This document shows, one piece after another, positions 34,431 to 37,120 of a DNA stretch of 37,120 nucleotides (positions within the stretch are counted from its first letter, which is position 1; each line of letters opens with the position of its first letter). Origin of the DNA: a virus (lineage: Duplodnaviria > Caudoviricetes). The DNA lies in IMG/VR virus record IMGVR_UViG_3300038674_000631, positions 1 through 37,120 of that record; one strand, 5' to 3'. Made by a program: the position numbers and the translations under genes. The notes under the pieces are model-generated. The model searched no databases and was not told the origin of the DNA. It saw nothing but the letters and a program-made list of their open reading frames with translations.

Positions 34431-36477
34431 CTTCGTTTCTCCTATTCTGTTTTTCCCAGAGTTCTTTATCTGTGTGGTTATGGAATATCGGGGTCGGTTT
34501 CCTGGGTTTCGCCGGGGTCAAACCCTGTAATCCATAGTTTTCACGCTCTTCGATTTGTTTGCGCTGGATAACAGCCTGGTCCATATTGCTGTTGACGATC
34601 TGAACAACCGGGGCTGTCTGCTGCACCGGCACGGCGGTATTGTGCCTGGCGTCGGTGCCGGTCTTAAGCCACTGCAGCTGCACTGCCGGCTCGACTTCCT
34701 GAATCTTCTTAAGTTCTTCTTTGACTCTGCGTTCGTCGCGCCGTTTCTGCGCCATCTGCTCCTGCAGTTTCGATTTCTGGACATCGGTTTCAGCCAGGAA
34801 ATCGATTGATTCTTTCATGTATGCAGACCCGATGTAGGCATTGTTCTCGGCGTCGAAAACCCATATTTCCTGCATTTTGTCGGGCGCTCTGCGCCAGTAA
34901 ACTTTTGTGCCGCGATAACCGTTCATCCATTCCGCTTCGTAAGTGACTTCATATTTGCTGTCATAAAGCCCGTTGCGGCGGATGCTGCAGGTTGTGCTCG
35001 ATCGCATGCAGAACAGTTTCAGCGCATCGCGTCTGACTTCGCGTTTGTTTCTGAATTCTTCTGCCCAGAGCTGGTTGGGTGTGCGGCCTTTCAGAACTTT
35101 TCCCTGGCTGGGCATATTGTTGAAAATTTCATCGATGAAAACAGCAAGCAGCTCTTTCAGTTCGGAATATTCCATCAGCTGCCCACCGCGAACTTTTGCC
35201 TGCAAGCCCTCCGGTCGTTCAACGACATCGCCACCGCGATAACCGGGGAAGCGTTTAGAAAACCAGGTCTTGAACTTCAAAAAGTCGCGTTCGATCGGCT
35301 TCGTCTGGGCGTTATAAGGCAGTGCAAAATGTGGCCTAACGCCAAGGTTCATCAGCATTGGCGTTGCTGCTACTTCGCTGCATGCAACCTTGTGTCGCGT
35401 TACTATCTCACGGCCGCCGGCGAAGTCTTTGCAGCGGTAGTCTTTACCGTTATCGATCAACACATGCTTTGGCAGGCCATAATTAACGGCGGCGACAAAG
35501 AAAGCTTCGAAAATGTGATCAGAACTCGGCGGTTCAATGTGCAGGCAGTAGCCCAGGAATTTCCCTGATTTTGCGTCGCGCCAGGCAGTAAGCCAGGGCG
35601 CTTTATGGCGCTCACCATCTCTGACAAGAATATCGATTTGGGCGTGGTCGGATACCCACACTTCACCGGCGGCAATATTGCTGTAGTCGCGCTCGACATA
35701 AGAAGCATGTTTTCGATACCAGGCACTCTGACCATAGCGGGCACAATAAATAACATCTTCGGGCAGGCGGTCCATGAGCAAACGATAAAAACTGGTCTGG
35801 CATGGAAAATCCCTGGTGTTAAGACTGGGCTTCTCCTGAATGGCAGCGCCGAGGGTCATGGCCCAACACGAAGCCAGAGACGGGCGGCTTTCTCGCAGAT
35901 AAAGAGATTTAAAAGTTTCGAACCAGGCATCTTCAATTTTTGTGACGCCTTTCTTACGGCCCCATTGCCCGAGAAGCGCAGCAACCCCGCCCTCAGCATA
36001 CTGTTTACGCATGCGCAGAACCATAGGATAAGAGGTTTTTTGGTCAAGATTTTCGGTGTTCCATTTTTCGAGCCAGTCTTTGAGTTCCTGGCCGATCATG
36101 CCTTCAGTGGCCGTGATAATTACTAAATATTTTTCAGCTTTTCGTCTGGCAAAATCTGGCGATTCTTCGAACGTGGAGATCTGATAATCATGATCGATCG
36201 GCTGAGGCTTACTATTTTTAGCGACAGATGCCGGAACGTTCTCTGGTTCTTGAAAAAGGTCGATGTCTTCAACGGTTAAGGCCCTTTGCGCCAATATGGG
36301 CAAATCGTAGAAATTATACTGGAAGCCACCGCCTTGCCCTTTATTTTCATATCTTGCCAAGCCGTTTTTCTTTGCCCACCGATGAACCCCGCTAAGGGTT
36401 TTGGGCATATCGGGCAAGCCAGGCAATTTTCGTGCTAAAACCAGTTTTATCATAACGTCAGGCGGTCTCTCCATCAA
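34423..36477 (-). CDS. Mu-type DDE transposase A
   Basis: N-terminal Mu DNA-binding domain (GLPDMPKT...GQGGGFQY); catalytic WVSDH, IDNGKDY and KPIERDF; Mu-type C-terminal beta domain. Confidence 0.95.
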   Translation of the reverse strand: MMERPPDVMIKLVLARKLPGLPDMPKTLSGVHRWAKKNGLARYENKGQGGGFQYNFYDLPILAQRALTVEDIDLFQEPENVPASVAKNSKPQPIDHDYQISTFEESPDFARRKAEKYLVIITATEGMIGQELKDWLEKWNTENLDQKTSYPMVLRMRKQYAEGGVAALLGQWGRKKGVTKIEDAWFETFKSLYLRESRPSLASCWAMTLGAAIQEKPSLNTRDFPCQTSFYRLLMDRLPEDVIYCARYGQSAWYRKHASYVERDYSNIAAGEVWVSDHAQIDILVRDGERHKAPWLTAWRDAKSGKFLGYCLHIEPPSSDHIFEAFFVAAVNYGLPKHVLIDNGKDYRCKDFAGGREIVTRHKVACSEVAATPMLMNLGVRPHFALPYNAQTKPIERDFLKFKTWFSKRFPGYRGGDVVERPEGLQAKVRGGQLMEYSELKELLAVFIDEIFNNMPSQGKVLKGRTPNQLWAEEFRNKREVRRDALKLFCMRSSTTCSIRRNGLYDSKYEVTYEAEWMNGYRGTKVYWRRAPDKMQEIWVFDAENNAYIGSAYMKESIDFLAETDVQKSKLQEQMAQKRRDERRVKEELKKIQEVEPAVQLQWLKTGTDARHNTAVPVQQTAPVVQIVNSNMDQAVIQRKQIEERENYGLQGLTPAKPRKPTPIFHNHTDKELWEKQNRRNEDE

Positions 36478-36661
36478 TGAGATTCACCGGGCAACCCTGC
36501 TGTTTAAAATATTCAGCGATTCTTTTACTCTTACTCTTGCCTTCGATCACTAGCCAGATCGCTGTAGGGGTCACCTCAAGCTCGCGCGCAATTTCAACCC
36601 TGGTCAACTCTTTCTCGATGAGCCATTTTTTTATAGCTTTCACTCGTTTTTTGTCTGTCAC
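36458..36661 (-). CDS. ner: Ner/Cro-like HTH regulator
   Basis: 67 aa HTH (TRVEIARELEVTPTAIWLVIEGK); GTG after AAGGAG; first early gene. Confidence 0.8.
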   Translation of the reverse strand: MTDKKRVKAIKKWLIEKELTRVEIARELEVTPTAIWLVIEGKSKSKRIAEYFKQQGCPVNLIDGETA

Positions 36662-36682
36662 TGGCGGCTCCTTTCAAAAAAG

Positions 36683-36710
36683 TTGACAGTCGTCTATTTT
36701 TTGCTAGACT
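36683..36710 (+). promoter_or_regulatory. Candidate repressor promoter (Pc-like)
   Basis: TTGACA (36683-36688), 16 bp spacer, TAGACT (36705-36710). Confidence 0.5.
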
Positions 36711-36753
36711 TTTGACTTAGTTGTTATGAAAAGTTGTTTTTTGAACTAATTTC

Positions 36754-36783
36754 AGTATCTCTAAAAAATAGGGAATGTGTCAA
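36754..36783 (-). promoter_or_regulatory. Candidate early promoter (Pe-like)
   Basis: TTGACA (36783-36778), 18 bp spacer, GATACT (36759-36754), upstream of ner. Confidence 0.55.
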
Positions 36784-36807
36784 GCTAAAATTAAAAAAAA
36801 TCAACTC

Positions 36808-37032
36808 GGTCATACTTCTAAAAATAAAGGAAGGCCACTATTTATCGTAATTAGAGCCCTAAAAATCATAAAAAAATTTTTTCTAGTCATACTTCTTAGC
36901 TAAAAAAAGTGGTGAAAAGGGGAAAGTGTTTGTGATGAAAGAGAGCATAGAATCTGAGGTTTTGGGCTTTTTATTTAAAACGGTCTCACTTTTTAGAGGT
37001 TGGTCATACTTATGAAAAAAAAGTATGACCAA
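36808..37032. promoter_or_regulatory. Operator/enhancer-like GTCATACTT repeats
   Basis: Copies at 36809, 36886 and 37003, a variant at 36983, and an inverted copy at 37021-37029. A 12-bp inverted repeat (37000-37011 / 37021-37032) straddles the repressor ATG. Confidence 0.65.
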
Positions 37033-37065
37033 TTTGCCGAACGCTTAAAACTTGCTTTAAACGGA
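37012..37065 (+). CDS. 5' fragment of a probable XRE-type repressor, broken at the contig-end junction
   Basis: GAGGT SD, MKKKYDQFAERLKLALNG; divergent from ner; sequence switches to transposase DNA at 37066. Confidence 0.5.
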
Positions 37066-37120
37066 GTTTCGCCGGGGTCAAACCCTGTAATCCATAGTTT
37101 TCACGCTCTTCGATTTGTTT
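37066..37120 (+). repeat. 55-bp exact duplicate of 34506-34560
   Basis: GTTTCGCCGGGGTCAAACCCTGTAATCCATAGTTTTCACGCTCTTCGATTTGTTT is at both places and runs to the window end. Confidence 0.95.

Larger units (their letters stand above)
1474..37120 (-). mobile_element. Mu-like transposable prophage with siphovirus-type tail; repressor end truncated
   Basis: ner, DDE transposase A, AAA ATPase B, gemA, gam and mor, plus Mu gp27-31/32/36/37-like head genes. No sheath or baseplate J genes. Boundary at 1474 is inferred from TGT plus nearby repeats. Confidence 0.93.

Noticed and set aside
37066-37120. Terminal repeat or att site of the prophage
   Set aside because: The duplicate lies inside the transposase coding sequence and ends exactly at the window edge; Mu-like phages do not have such att repeats.

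Overview
Positions 1-~1470 are host DNA: the 3' part of an unknown gene, then a phasin-like gene with its promoter and terminator. The rest is a nearly complete Mu-like transposable prophage with a non-contractile (siphovirus-type) tail, read mostly on the minus strand. From the right it carries ner, transposase A, ATPase B, gemA, gam, mor, an accessory region of small ORFs, and an antirepressor moron under c4/CI-type antisense control. An inverted plus-strand packaging block follows (terS, terL, portal, MuF, gpG). Then come protease/scaffold, lambda D/E-like head proteins, gp36, an M15 endolysin and holin-like gene, gp37, tail tube, chaperones, tape measure, Dit-like protein and tail tip/fibre. 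The repressor gene and the repressor-side prophage end are cut off; the last 55 nt duplicate 34506-34560, probably an assembly loop. Most notable: (1) a probable -1 frameshift in the holin-like gene that adds a four-beta-strand, Phe-terminated tail, a possible new one-gene spanin-like device; (2) a MuF protein with a Pro-rich repeat linker and HExxH domain, followed by a convergent candidate immunity gene; (3) two tRNA-like RNAs without a normal anticodon arm; (4) a phased TTAAACG array near the predicted genome centre, like a strong gyrase site; (5) a non-canonical, hairpin-associated tail-chaperone frameshift. All family calls come from motif recognition and gene order by eye; no searches were run.
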